A DNA stretch of 64,000 nucleotides from Leptolyngbya sp. BL-A-14 (GTDB lineage: Bacteria > Cyanobacteriota > Cyanobacteriia > Leptolyngbyales > Leptolyngbyaceae): positions 2,132,571 to 2,196,570 of the forward strand of contig CP166621.1 of NCBI GenBank assembly GCA_041937185.1. The letters are read 5' to 3'. The first letter of the stretch is position 1, and every line of letters starts with the position of its first letter. The position numbers and the translations under genes are program-made. The notes beneath the pieces are model-generated. The model was not told the DNA's origin. It was given only the letters and a program-made list of their open reading frames with translations, and did not search any database. Below are positions 19,198 through 29,319 of the stretch, in pieces.

Positions 19198-19486
19198 ATA
19201 TGTGATCATCATCCATCTTTAGCAGTCCTAAATCATTTGAAAAAGAGAGTTGTGAAGGGTTTCTCTCCGGCAAAGCCTTTTCACAATCTAGATAGGATCG
19301 CTGTATATCCCACAAACAATCCACAAGACAGGGAGAGAGCGATGCTGGCAACCTTGATCACGATCTCGATCGTATTCTCAGTCGTCCTAAGCACCCACAA
19401 TTTGCTACTAGAAGCAATCCATAAGGATGCTTTGAGCGAACCGAAAGCACGTAGCAAGCGTACTGAATAGCCATCACAATGACATC

Positions 19487-20629
19487 ATGAAAAACCATCT
19501 GATTCAAATTAACGACACCACCTTGCGAGACGGTGAACAGGCAGCGGGTATCGCCTTTAATGTCGAAGAAAAGATCACGATCGCAACCTTTCTTGATTCA
19601 ATTGGTGTACAGGAATTGGAAGTCGGTATTCCTGCCATGGGACAAGAGGAAGCCGAAGCCATTCAGGCAATCACAAAACTAGGATTGAACGCAAAATTAC
19701 TTGGTTGGAGCCGAGCGAATCGCTCTGATATTCAAGCATCCGTGGACTGTGGCCTCAAGCGGGTACACATCTCAGTTCCAGTTTCAGAGATCCAAATTGC
19801 CGCGAAATTTCATGGCCAATGGCGCGTCATGCTCGATCGCCTACGTGATGTCATTAACTTTGCCCACGATCAGGGTTTAGCTGTATCGGTTGGTGGTGAA
19901 GATTCCTCCAGAGCCGATGCCACCTTTCTGCTGGATGTGGCGTCCTTTGCCCAGTCGTGGGGCGCTTTCCGATTTCGCTTCTGCGATACCGTTGGCATTC
20001 TTGATCCATTGACGACTTACAACAAAGTGCGTCAACTGGTTCTCAATCTTGCGATTCCAGTCGAAATGCACACCCATAATGACCTTGGACTGGCAACCGC
20101 GAATGCGCTGGCAGGGCTGCAAGCTGGAGCTTTATCAGTCAATACAACGGTCAACGGTTTAGGTGAACGGGCAGGTAACGCAGCGCTAGAAGAAGTTGTC
20201 ATGGCGTTGAAGCGCATTTACGACACCCAAACAGGGATTGATACAAAACGGCTACTAGAACTCTCTCGCCTGGTTGCCAAAGCGTCTAATTGTCCCGTAC
20301 CGCCCTGGAAAGCGATCGTGGGTGATAACGCCTTTGCCCATGAATCGGGTATACACGCACATGGCATCTTACAAAATCCAGTCACCTATGAGCCCTTTGC
20401 GCCCGAAGATGTGGGCTGGGAGCGTCGCTTTGTAGTAGGAAAGCATTCAGGTCGGCATTTGGTGCTAAGCGTGCTGCAACAGCAAGGAGTTTTTCTTAAT
20501 GCTGAAGAAATTCAATCGGTGCTCGAAGCCGTGCGGCATCAAGCAGTAGAAGTGAAGCGCAATCTCACAGTTGAAGAGCTTCTAAGTTTAGTTCCCCAAG
20601 CGAGGTCATACGCTCATGCAAACAGATGA
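19487..20629 (+). CDS. nifV: Homocitrate synthase NifV
   Basis: 380 aa. The N-terminus [14 protein letters not shown] and the HTHNDLG motif of the HMGL-like family are present. Followed by nifZ and nifT. Confidence 0.9.
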   Translation: MKNHLIQINDTTLRDGEQAAGIAFNVEEKITIATFLDSIGVQELEVGIPAMGQEEAEAIQAITKLGLNAKLLGWSRANRSDIQASVDCGLKRVHISVPVSEIQIAAKFHGQWRVMLDRLRDVINFAHDQGLAVSVGGEDSSRADATFLLDVASFAQSWGAFRFRFCDTVGILDPLTTYNKVRQLVLNLAIPVEMHTHNDLGLATANALAGLQAGALSVNTTVNGLGERAGNAALEEVVMALKRIYDTQTGIDTKRLLELSRLVAKASNCPVPPWKAIVGDNAFAHESGIHAHGILQNPVTYEPFAPEDVGWERRFVVGKHSGRHLVLSVLQQQGVFLNAEEIQSVLEAVRHQAVEVKRNLTVEELLSLVPQARSYAHANR

Positions 20630-20882
20630 AATTGAAATCGATTCTCCACCCACCTTTGATATTGGACAAAAGGTACGATCGCGCAAACTCATTCGCAATG
20701 ATGGCACCTTCCCTGGCAAAGATATTGGTGCAACGCTTGCGAAGAAAGGTGATGTGGGCTATGTCGTCAGCATTGGCACCTTCTTACAAAGCTCCTACAT
20801 TTACGCCGTGCATTTCATGACCACAGGATACATTGTCGGCTGTCGCAAAAAAGAACTTGAACTTGCTGAGGAACGGAAATGA
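20616..20882 (+). CDS. nifZ: NifZ
   Basis: 88 aa. [41 protein letters not shown] matches the NifZ domain. Overlaps the nifV end by 14 nt. Confidence 0.8.
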   Translation: MQTDEIEIDSPPTFDIGQKVRSRKLIRNDGTFPGKDIGATLAKKGDVGYVVSIGTFLQSSYIYAVHFMTTGYIVGCRKKELELAEERK

Positions 20883-21094
20883 AAGTAATGCTCCGCCGGA
20901 ATCCTGCTGGACACCTTGTTGTCTATGTGGCCAAGAAAGATTTGGAAGAAGAAGTGGTGAAAGAAGTAGAGGCAGAGAGCGGAAAAATCTTCACGCTGGC
21001 AAACGGCTGGGAACTAGCGATTGCAGGCTTAGAGGATCCCTTAAAACTGCCAAAGACTGTAGAAGCCCGACGCATTGCTCAAGCCAATCATTGA
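20879..21094 (+). CDS. nifT: NifT/FixU
   Basis: 71 aa. [27 protein letters not shown]...ANGWEL is a NifT/FixU signature. 4-nt overlap with nifZ. Confidence 0.8.
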   Translation: MKVMLRRNPAGHLVVYVAKKDLEEEVVKEVEAESGKIFTLANGWELAIAGLEDPLKLPKTVEARRIAQANH

Positions 21095-21107
21095 CTAGGA
21101 GAACAAG

Positions 21108-21737
21108 ATGATGGTTTCTTCTGCTACCAGCCCACTCATGAAATTTAACTTTGAAGGTCAGTTTCTCGGCTTTGTGAGTGATGATGGCGTATTGAAATAT
21201 ATGCGGTTAAAAGTGCTATCAGAAGAAGTGCATGTCAAGCTTCCCCAAGCGATGAGGCTGGCGTTTGGAAGCGTTCTTCAACCAGGAGAACCCATTTGGG
21301 TCACGGGTATTGGCAGCTTCGATCGCCACGCCCATGCCATCAAACTCAAAGCAACTCAGATCATACCGCTCACAGAACGTCCCTCGATGGCTGCACCAAC
21401 CGCAACAGCTGAGCCACTGCCTGTGGTGGCTCCTGCCACCAAAAGCAATCTCAAAAGCCAGCCTAAAGTCAAAATACTGATGTGCCAAAAGTCGGGATGC
21501 TTAAAGCGGGGTGGAAAAGGTTTGTATGAAGCACTAGGGCAAGCAATTTGCGATCGCAGCCTAGAGCAGCACATCACCATTGAACGCACTGGATGCTTGA
21601 AGTGCTGCTCTTCTGCACCCAGCCTGGTGGTTATGCCCAAAAACCGACGCTACAAGGATGTTCATGTGAAAACACTGCCAAAGATTATCGATGAGATTGC
21701 CCAAAGTCTTGCTATCGATCGGTCTGGGCAAACGTGA
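21108..21737 (+). CDS. Two-domain protein: an unknown N-terminal ~110-aa domain fused to a thioredoxin-like [2Fe-2S] ferredoxin domain
   Basis: The C-terminal half (KVKILMCQKSGCLKRGGKGLYEALG...ERTGCLKCCSSAPSLVVMP) has the Cx4C...CxxxC spacing of thioredoxin-like [2Fe-2S] ferredoxins. Last gene of the nifV-Z-T operon. Confidence 0.6.
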   Translation: MMVSSATSPLMKFNFEGQFLGFVSDDGVLKYMRLKVLSEEVHVKLPQAMRLAFGSVLQPGEPIWVTGIGSFDRHAHAIKLKATQIIPLTERPSMAAPTATAEPLPVVAPATKSNLKSQPKVKILMCQKSGCLKRGGKGLYEALGQAICDRSLEQHITIERTGCLKCCSSAPSLVVMPKNRRYKDVHVKTLPKIIDEIAQSLAIDRSGQT

Positions 21738-21797
21738 GACCTGGGCGCAATCATGCTTACTGGCGCACAACAACATTTAATGCGGGTCAAGGGTGGG

Positions 21798-23177
21798 TTA
21801 AGACGATGTCTCAGGTGCCATAATCGGCAAATTGACGCTGACGATCGTCCCAGTTTCTACCGTCGATTGAATCGACAATGAGCCACCGTGAGCATCCACA
21901 ATGCGTTTTGTGATTGCCAGCCCTAAACCAGTACCACCAGATTTTGTAGAGCAGAAAGGCTGAGTCAACTTCGGCAGTACATCGGCTGGAATTGGCTCAC
22001 CACCATTCTGCACACGAATACACACTCGATCGGGGTCTGGACAACTAACGTCCCAGGTGACCACATCGCCAGGTGCAATCCCCTCACAGGCGTTGCGAAT
22101 GAGGTTGATAAAGACTTGCTTCAGCTTATCTTCGTCTCCCAGAATCTTAACGGTCGATGGAGCGGGTGTGAAATCAATGCGACGCTCTTGGGCTTCTGGC
22201 ATTTCCTGTATCACCGCCAGGAGTTTGAGCAAGAGTTCGTTCACGTCTAGTTCAACCCGTTGCAACATCTGAGGCTTTGCATATTGCAAGATCTCACCGA
22301 GCAAACGTTCCAATCGACTGGCTTCTTCAAGCGCAAGTGCCAGACGTTCTTGAGCGGCAGCAGTCAACACCGCTTTCTTAAAATATTTCAACCCCATGAC
22401 GATCGTCGTGAAAGGGTTGCGAATTTCATGCACAATCATGGCCGCAAATTCCCCGATCGCCGCTAAGCGTTCCTTTTCTACCAGTCTTGCCTGAGCAATG
22501 TGCAGTTCTTCAGTTCGCTTCTGGACTTCTGCTTCAAGCGCTTCGTTAAACTGTCGTTGCTGCTGATAGAGATGGTAATGGTCGATCGCAGTAGCAGCCC
22601 GCTCTGCAAACAGTTCCACAATTTGAATTTCGTCGGGTGTAAACTCTCGTGGTTCGCGGTGAAACGAACAAACCGTCCCAATAATTTCACTTTCAGCCGT
22701 CCGTAACGGGATGCCTAAATAGGCTCGGTACCCCGGTGCTGGCTTTCCATACTCTGGCTGTGCGATGGCATCTTTTACGGCCAACGTCGCCCGATTTTGC
22801 ATCACCGTGTTAATCAACCGCCCGTGGAGAGCATAGGTTCGCGGTGCATCACCCATATCTAAACTACTTGCCAGCACATTTTCAAACCCTTCCTGGCAGA
22901 TTGTCACTACCGTCCAATCAACGTCAACCAGTTGACTGACAGCACAGGCAATATTTTGTAAATAACCGCTCAACTCGCCCGTACGGTAGTTGAGAGAAGA
23001 CAGTATTGCCATCGCCTGCCGCTCTCGTTGCCATGAACGCAGTTGCCGTGTCCCATCGTCCTCACAACTCATAGACTGCACTTGCACAATGCGTAAAACT
23101 ATCAGGAATCTAGCATGCTTAACTAGCGCACATTGATCAGCAACGGCACTTAATCTCTGGGAGGCTGTCGCCAACAC
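21798..23177 (-). CDS. GAF-domain sensor histidine kinase (HisKA + HATPase_c)
   Basis: 459 aa. H-box HEIRNPFTTIV; N/G-boxes (RVQNGGEPIP, STKSGGTGLGLAITKRIV). The upstream GAF-like region is large. No cognate response regulator is adjacent. Confidence 0.75.
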   Translation of the reverse strand: MLATASQRLSAVADQCALVKHARFLIVLRIVQVQSMSCEDDGTRQLRSWQRERQAMAILSSLNYRTGELSGYLQNIACAVSQLVDVDWTVVTICQEGFENVLASSLDMGDAPRTYALHGRLINTVMQNRATLAVKDAIAQPEYGKPAPGYRAYLGIPLRTAESEIIGTVCSFHREPREFTPDEIQIVELFAERAATAIDHYHLYQQQRQFNEALEAEVQKRTEELHIAQARLVEKERLAAIGEFAAMIVHEIRNPFTTIVMGLKYFKKAVLTAAAQERLALALEEASRLERLLGEILQYAKPQMLQRVELDVNELLLKLLAVIQEMPEAQERRIDFTPAPSTVKILGDEDKLKQVFINLIRNACEGIAPGDVVTWDVSCPDPDRVCIRVQNGGEPIPADVLPKLTQPFCSTKSGGTGLGLAITKRIVDAHGGSLSIQSTVETGTIVSVNLPIMAPETSS

Positions 23178-23352
23178 AAGTAAATATGAGAAAGCGCTGA
23201 GAATAATCTGAGCATTTTCTCACTGAAATATCAGTATTCTAGACTAAACGCCTTAGACATTCATCATCTTACGATCGCAACGTTCAGTCACAATCAACGT
23301 GCAGCCAATGAACCGAGTGGCTGTTAACAAATGTTGCCATGAGGACGTTTAA

Positions 23353-23889
23353 ATGATGAGAGTAAACCGTTGGGTTTTATTAAGTCTGGCTTCGCTTGTA
23401 CTGGTTAGTTATGTCAGTCAAATTAGCCAAATACAGGCGGCTGAAAACCCTGTTTCTGCTTCCTCAAAGCCAACTGCGCCGCGATCGCAGCCAACGCTAA
23501 TGGCACAGATGATGCAGGTAGCCAAGCCGATCGTGGTGAGTTCTGGTAGTTTTACGGCTGGAGAACAGCCCACTCAGGGTTCGGCGCGTGTGGTGAATAT
23601 CAATGGCAAATACTTTTTAGATCTAGACCAGGGCTTTAAGACATCCAGTCAAGGTCCAGATCTGGTCGTGATCCTACATCGCTCCAGTAATGTCATTGGT
23701 TCAACTAAACCGCCCGCTTATCCCTTAAAGGCAGGTGATTACGTGATTTTGGCACCGTTACAAAAGTTTAATGGTGCTCAACGTTATATCATCCCCTCTA
23801 ATATCAACGTGGCAAACTATAAGTCTGCTGCTATCTGGTGTCGCAAATTCAATGCAACGTTTGGTGCAGCCAAATTAGTGAATCAATAG
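23353..23889 (+). CDS. Secreted DM13-domain protein (putative electron-transfer domain)
   Basis: 178 aa with an N-terminal signal peptide (LLSLASLVLVSYV). SGSFTAGEQPTQG...GPDLVVILH resembles DM13 domain conservation. The domain call is from memory. Confidence 0.5.
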   Translation: MMRVNRWVLLSLASLVLVSYVSQISQIQAAENPVSASSKPTAPRSQPTLMAQMMQVAKPIVVSSGSFTAGEQPTQGSARVVNINGKYFLDLDQGFKTSSQGPDLVVILHRSSNVIGSTKPPAYPLKAGDYVILAPLQKFNGAQRYIIPSNINVANYKSAAIWCRKFNATFGAAKLVNQ

Positions 23890-24044
23890 CTGATGGCTGA
23901 TCGCTTGTAGCAAAGCGCCCAATGCGTCCCCCTAAGGCTCTCCTCCAGACACACAGATTCATATCCATCTTGTCGTGATATTGACCAATTCCTTTCCGCC
24001 TGCGTCAAAAATCTGTTGTATTACTATCAAGCAAGAGGTTACCA

Positions 24045-25379
24045 ATGTTTGAAAGCCTTCAAAGAATCAAAAACCCTTTTGCGAGAAGTGTCACTGCTGC
24101 CGTCACAACTTTCTCAGCCGTCACCCTTGCGGCCTCGATCGCGATCGGTACGGCCAAAGCAAAAGATGATGCTGCCTACAAAACGGCCTTCTATGCAGCC
24201 TTCATCGGTGCCGGATGCGCTGCCTTATTTGGCTTCGTTTCGCCAGGCAAGAGAAGCTTAGAAACCACAGCTCAATCATCACGCGATCAGCAAACGATCG
24301 CAGCGATGGAGTGGAATACCTGGACAGACTGGCGCAATTTTGTGGTTGTTCGGAAAGTGAAAGAAAGTGAGGAAATCACCTCGTTCTACTTAGAGCCGGA
24401 AGATAAAGGTGCCATTCCAAATTTTCAACCTGGTCAGTTTCTCACCATTAAACTGGATATTCCGGGGCAGGCAAGACCTGTGATTCGCACCTATTCACTG
24501 TCTGATTATGCTGAGCCGCATACCTACTATCGTCTATCCATCAAGCGAGAGCCAATGCCCGCTGGTTTGGATGTGATGCCAGGAATTGCATCAAATTTCA
24601 TGCACAATCAAATTCAAGAAGGATCGGTAATCCTCGCGAAGCCACCCAGCGGCAAGTTTGTGCTGGATGTTCACCAGATGTCGCCCGTTGTATTGATCAG
24701 CAATGGGGTGGGCATTACCCCCATGATTAGTATGGCAAAAGCGTTGACTCACGCAAATGCCACACGTCCCATCTGGTTTTTACATGGAGCGCGCGATGGG
24801 CGATTCCATGCGTTTCGAGATGAGGTAAACACGATCGCAGAGAAAAATCCTGGTTTAAAGGTTCATTATGCCTATAGCCGACCCAGAGAGGAAGACGCGG
24901 GTCATTATCACAGCGTTGGCTATGTCGATGTTGGCTTAATCCAGTCCCTCATGATTCAGGATGCCGATTACTTTCTCTGTGGCTCTCCACCCTTTATGGA
25001 CTCGATCCGTGAGGGGTTGAAGGCGGCAGGCGTGCCTGAAAATCGGGTCTTTTTTGAGATGTTTACTAAGGCAGCGAAAGCAACGATTGAACCTCCATCC
25101 AGCGAAACCACTGGCGTTGAGGGGGCAGACGTTGTGTTTGCCCAATCAAACAAGACAGCGCTCTGGCAAGTAGAGGCAGGCAGCTTATTAGAGTTCGCCG
25201 AAGCGAATGAGTTAAATCCGCCTTACAGTTGCCGTCAGGGCATCTGTGGCACTTGTCAATGCAAAGTTTTAGAGGGTGAAGTGGATTATTTGGAAGCACC
25301 CACGGCGGCGATCGACGAGGGTTCCGTTCTCATCTGCATCTCCAAACCCAAAACATCCAGGCTAGTGCTTGATCTATAA
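24045..25379 (+). CDS. Membrane-anchored FNR-like oxidoreductase (FAD + NAD(P)H binding) with a C-terminal plant-type 2Fe-2S ferredoxin domain
   Basis: 444 aa with two N-terminal hydrophobic helices. RTYSLS FAD motif; GVGITPMISM NAD-binding glycine-rich motif; C-terminal CRQGICGTCQCKV...C 2Fe-2S motif. Confidence 0.75.
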   Translation: MFESLQRIKNPFARSVTAAVTTFSAVTLAASIAIGTAKAKDDAAYKTAFYAAFIGAGCAALFGFVSPGKRSLETTAQSSRDQQTIAAMEWNTWTDWRNFVVVRKVKESEEITSFYLEPEDKGAIPNFQPGQFLTIKLDIPGQARPVIRTYSLSDYAEPHTYYRLSIKREPMPAGLDVMPGIASNFMHNQIQEGSVILAKPPSGKFVLDVHQMSPVVLISNGVGITPMISMAKALTHANATRPIWFLHGARDGRFHAFRDEVNTIAEKNPGLKVHYAYSRPREEDAGHYHSVGYVDVGLIQSLMIQDADYFLCGSPPFMDSIREGLKAAGVPENRVFFEMFTKAAKATIEPPSSETTGVEGADVVFAQSNKTALWQVEAGSLLEFAEANELNPPYSCRQGICGTCQCKVLEGEVDYLEAPTAAIDEGSVLICISKPKTSRLVLDL

Positions 25380-25561
25380 ACTAATAGCCGACTAAGACCT
25401 GAGTTCTCAGCGTTTCCTGTTTAAACTCTCAGAATTTTGAACCTGGCTCTCAGACTGCTATCAGTCTGTGCTTCCACAGATGCGACATACTACTCTGTAA
25501 TTTCAATTTCGCCTACGCGTTTCTTTAACGTCAAATTTCTCCTCTAGAGGGAGCAAGGGAA

Positions 25562-27142
25562 ATGTTTGCAGACAATCATTACGACATCATTATCATTGGC
25601 ACTGGAGCGGGAGGAGGCACCTTGACGTACCGCTTAGCCCAGAGTGGAAAAAAAATTCTGGTGCTGGAGCGAGGTCCCTTTCTGCCCAGAGAGAAAGAGA
25701 ATTGGGATGTGAAAACAGTATTCAATAGCGATCGCTACCACAATCCCGAAGTTTGGTACAACCGAGAGGGCAAAGAACTCCATCCTGGCATGAGTTATTT
25801 CGTTGGTGGCAATACAAAAGTTTATGGTGCCGCTCTGTTTCGTTTACGGGAAAAGGACTTTGAAGCCTTTCAACATCGAGATGGTCTTTCACCCGCATGG
25901 CCTCTGAAATACAAAGACTTTGAACCCTACTATGTGCAGGCAGAAAAGCTCTACCAGGTACACGGAAATGGCGGGGAAGACCCAACGGAGCCGTTTCGTA
26001 GTGAAGCCTTTCCTTACCCTGCCGTCAGTCACGAGCCTCGCATTCAGGAGATTTCAGAAGTTTTACAAGCCAACGGCCTTCATCCCTACCACACCCCTGT
26101 TGGCATTCGCTTAAACGAGGCACAGCGTTATTTGAGTGAGTGTATTCGATGCAACACCTGCGATGGGTTTCCATGCCTCGTCCATGCAAAATCGGATGCC
26201 GAAGTGAGTACGGTACGCCCAGCAATGGGAAAGGATAACGTGACGTTACTGACCGAGGCAAAGGTGTTGAAATTGCACACCAGTCCTTCGGGACGCGAGA
26301 TCTCCAGCGTTGAGGTAGAAGTGCGTGACCCAGAATCGAGGCAAATTCATGTGCAGCACTTTTCTGGGGATCTGGTGGCGATCGCCTGCGGTGCCGTCAA
26401 TACGTCCGTCCTGTTGCTTAGATCTGCGAATGACCAACATCCTAACGGCTTAGCCAACCGTTCTGATTTGGTGGGTCGCAATTTTATGAAACATATTTTG
26501 GGTTCCATCATCGGTGTGAGTAAAAAGCCAAACCCGACGAAGTTTCAAAAAACATTATCGATTAATGATTTTTATTGGGGTGAGGAGGGCTATGACTACC
26601 CCATGGGACAAATTCAAACCCTGGGAAAAGTCAGCAAGGAAGCCCTGGAAGGCAATGCTGCGGCGTATGCTCCCCTCACTCCTGAAGCGGTTGCCACTCA
26701 TTCGATTGACTGGTGGCTGACTGTGGAAGATTTGCCTGATCCAAACAATCGCATTCGAATCAATGGCGACAAGATCATTCTGGATTACACCGAAAATAAT
26801 TCGGAAGCCTACGATCGCCTGGAACATCGCTGGATTGAAATACTCAAAGCCATTGAATGCGGTCAAGCCATCATGCCAAACTGTTCTTACTTCGTGGATG
26901 CAGGACAAACCTATACAGGTCGCTTGCCGATCGATGGGGTGGGGCATCAGGTTGGCACCTGCCGCTTTGGTGAAGACCCAACCACCTCCGTGCTCAATCT
27001 CAATTGCCGCACCCATGATATTGATAACCTCTACATCACAGACGGCAGTTTCTTTTGCTCTAGCGGTGCGGTCAATCCTACGCTAACCATCATTGCAAAT
27101 GCGCTACGGGTGGGTGATCATTTGCTTGAACGACTGAGCTAG
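25562..27142 (+). CDS. GMC-family FAD-dependent oxidoreductase
   Basis: 526 aa. N-terminal DIIIIGTGAGGGTLTYRLA Rossmann motif. C-terminal GMC_oxred_C-like region (GTCRFGEDPTTSVLNLNCRTHDIDNLYITDGSFF). Confidence 0.8.
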   Translation: MFADNHYDIIIIGTGAGGGTLTYRLAQSGKKILVLERGPFLPREKENWDVKTVFNSDRYHNPEVWYNREGKELHPGMSYFVGGNTKVYGAALFRLREKDFEAFQHRDGLSPAWPLKYKDFEPYYVQAEKLYQVHGNGGEDPTEPFRSEAFPYPAVSHEPRIQEISEVLQANGLHPYHTPVGIRLNEAQRYLSECIRCNTCDGFPCLVHAKSDAEVSTVRPAMGKDNVTLLTEAKVLKLHTSPSGREISSVEVEVRDPESRQIHVQHFSGDLVAIACGAVNTSVLLLRSANDQHPNGLANRSDLVGRNFMKHILGSIIGVSKKPNPTKFQKTLSINDFYWGEEGYDYPMGQIQTLGKVSKEALEGNAAAYAPLTPEAVATHSIDWWLTVEDLPDPNNRIRINGDKIILDYTENNSEAYDRLEHRWIEILKAIECGQAIMPNCSYFVDAGQTYTGRLPIDGVGHQVGTCRFGEDPTTSVLNLNCRTHDIDNLYITDGSFFCSSGAVNPTLTIIANALRVGDHLLERLS

Positions 27143-27181
27143 CGACTTGTTGCTTTACACACCCTCTTTTCATACGAGGTC

Positions 27182-28066
27182 ATGACGATGACGATAACGT
27201 GGCAATCCATCGGCAACATCCCATTCAAAGCACTGACTGAAAGCAGATTGCAATTGCACTACGGGATTCAATTTATTGCTGCGACAGGTGCAGCTTTGGC
27301 AGAGTCAATACCAGATTATAGCCATACCAGTCTGTTGTGGAATCCGACACTCAAAGCGTTTGTTGGTACGGCAATTCAAGCCACACATCCGTTTCAAGTT
27401 GCCCTTGATCCCGATCGCTTGACGCTCAGTCTTTTGAATCAACAAAGTGAGTCGATCGCCTCCCTGCCCTTAACCGGAAAGACGATGGCAGAAGGGTTGC
27501 AATGGCTCAAGCAAGAAGTATCGAAGTTGGGTACCAATGCCAGCAAAATCGTGTTTCTGGATTATCCACCCGATGATTTTCCGGCGCATCCCCTTGCCCA
27601 GGGAGCGCACTTTGATGGCAGTCAGACATTGGTACTGAATGAATTGACTGCCTACTATGCCAACACGCATTTGTTGCTGGAACCGATCATCTCAAAGCAC
27701 GAAGACACGTCCGCAATTCGAATCTGGCCACATCACTTTGATATGGCAACCCTCATTATGCTGCCAGGGACTAAGGATGGTAGTCCGCTTACTGTCGGCG
27801 TTGGCTTCTCCCCAGGTGATGCCAGCTATGACGAACCTTACTGGTATGTATCACCCTATCCCTATCCGGCTACAGAGAGACTTCCGGCTCTGGACGGGCA
27901 TGGGTTTTGGCATACTCAACACTGGGTTGGTGCGGTTTTAACGGCTTCGCAATTACCGGAGAGCATCAGTGCTGAAGCCCAACAGCAGCAGGTTGAGTCC
28001 TTTCTCAATTCGGCTTTGGGAGCCTCGATCGCGCTCCTTCAAGTCAGTTCCCCTGCTGAGGTTTGA
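27182..28066 (+). CDS. Hypothetical protein
   Basis: 294 aa with no recognised motif. Its stop overlaps the next gene start (ATGA), suggesting co-translation with the VOC protein. Confidence 0.45.
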   Translation: MTMTITWQSIGNIPFKALTESRLQLHYGIQFIAATGAALAESIPDYSHTSLLWNPTLKAFVGTAIQATHPFQVALDPDRLTLSLLNQQSESIASLPLTGKTMAEGLQWLKQEVSKLGTNASKIVFLDYPPDDFPAHPLAQGAHFDGSQTLVLNELTAYYANTHLLLEPIISKHEDTSAIRIWPHHFDMATLIMLPGTKDGSPLTVGVGFSPGDASYDEPYWYVSPYPYPATERLPALDGHGFWHTQHWVGAVLTASQLPESISAEAQQQQVESFLNSALGASIALLQVSSPAEV

Positions 28067-29157
28067 TGATGCCTGCACACTTGATGAAAGCATTCAAACG
28101 ATCGCTCCTCTCTGCGTTTGTTTTGACTACGATCGCCCTTGCCCCTCCGCTTCAGGCAACATCCCAAACTCGGCAAGGCCGCTTCCCAACTCAGATTGCT
28201 CAAACGCAACCCGTTCAAAGTTCCGTCATCGCGATCGATTCAGTTGGGATGACCGTTGCGGATATGGATCGATCGCTAGCGTTTTACACAACGGTTCTCC
28301 CCTTCAAAAAAGTCTCTGATGTGGAAGTGTTGGGAACGGAGTATGAGCAGTTACAAGGGGTGTTTGGCGTGCGGTTGCGAGTCGTCAAATTGCAGCTTGG
28401 CACCGAGTTCATTGAACTGACTGAATATCTCACTCCCAAAGGGCGGCCGATTCCCATCGATTCGCGCAGCAACGATCGCTGGTTTCAACATATTGCGATC
28501 GCGGTGAGCGATATGGACAAAGCCTATCAGCAGTTGCGACAGGCCAAGGTGCAATATGCATCTACGGCACCCCAACGCATTCCTGACTCCAACAAAGCGG
28601 CGGCGGGCATTCGTGCCTTCTATTTCAAAGATCCCGATGGACACAATTTAGAGATTATTTACTTCCCGCCCGGGAAGGGCGATCCCAAGTGGCAAAAACC
28701 GACGACTCAGACCTTTTTAGGCATTGACCATACCGCGATCGTGGTTTCAAACACCGCTACCAGCCTCAAATTTTATCGCGATACGCTGGGGTTAAAGTTA
28801 GTCGGAGAGAGTATGAATAGTGGCACTGAGCAGGCGCATCTCAACAACGTACAAGACGCACGGCTGCACATTAGTGGCTTACGTTCTCCCGCTGGCCCTG
28901 GTATTGAATTCTTAGAGTATCTAGAACCCAAAGACGGTCGATCGCTCCCAGCGGATGCCAAACCGAATGATCTACTACACTGGCAAACCACGCTGGTTGT
29001 GAAAGATGTTGTTGCTCTTGCAGAACGGTTACGACGCGATCGCACTATCTTCATCTCTCCTGGCGTTGTGACAATTTCAGAACCCGCGTTTGGCTTCAAA
29101 GAGGGAATTTTAGTCCGCGATCCGGACGGGCATCCTCTACGCTTGGTCGAACGCTAG
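28063..29157 (+). CDS. Secreted tandem VOC (glyoxalase/bleomycin-resistance/extradiol dioxygenase fold) protein
   Basis: 364 aa with a signal peptide (LLSAFVLTTIALAPPLQA). Two VOC-like modules (IAIAVSDMDKAYQQL...; IDHTAIVVSNTATSLKFYRDTLGL...). Confidence 0.65.
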   Translation: MMMPAHLMKAFKRSLLSAFVLTTIALAPPLQATSQTRQGRFPTQIAQTQPVQSSVIAIDSVGMTVADMDRSLAFYTTVLPFKKVSDVEVLGTEYEQLQGVFGVRLRVVKLQLGTEFIELTEYLTPKGRPIPIDSRSNDRWFQHIAIAVSDMDKAYQQLRQAKVQYASTAPQRIPDSNKAAAGIRAFYFKDPDGHNLEIIYFPPGKGDPKWQKPTTQTFLGIDHTAIVVSNTATSLKFYRDTLGLKLVGESMNSGTEQAHLNNVQDARLHISGLRSPAGPGIEFLEYLEPKDGRSLPADAKPNDLLHWQTTLVVKDVVALAERLRRDRTIFISPGVVTISEPAFGFKEGILVRDPDGHPLRLVER

Positions 29158-29319
29158 AAGCAACGGCCTCTAATCTATATCCGACTGGCACACAGACAAT
29201 CGTTTCAAGAGCCTAATCTTGCTGAGAGCGGTTCATGCATCACGGTATCTGGTAATGTTCTTTTGGGCACAATTACCTGTCTACCGAGGCTTTGCTGATT
29301 CCTGCGATCGTGGCTCTTT

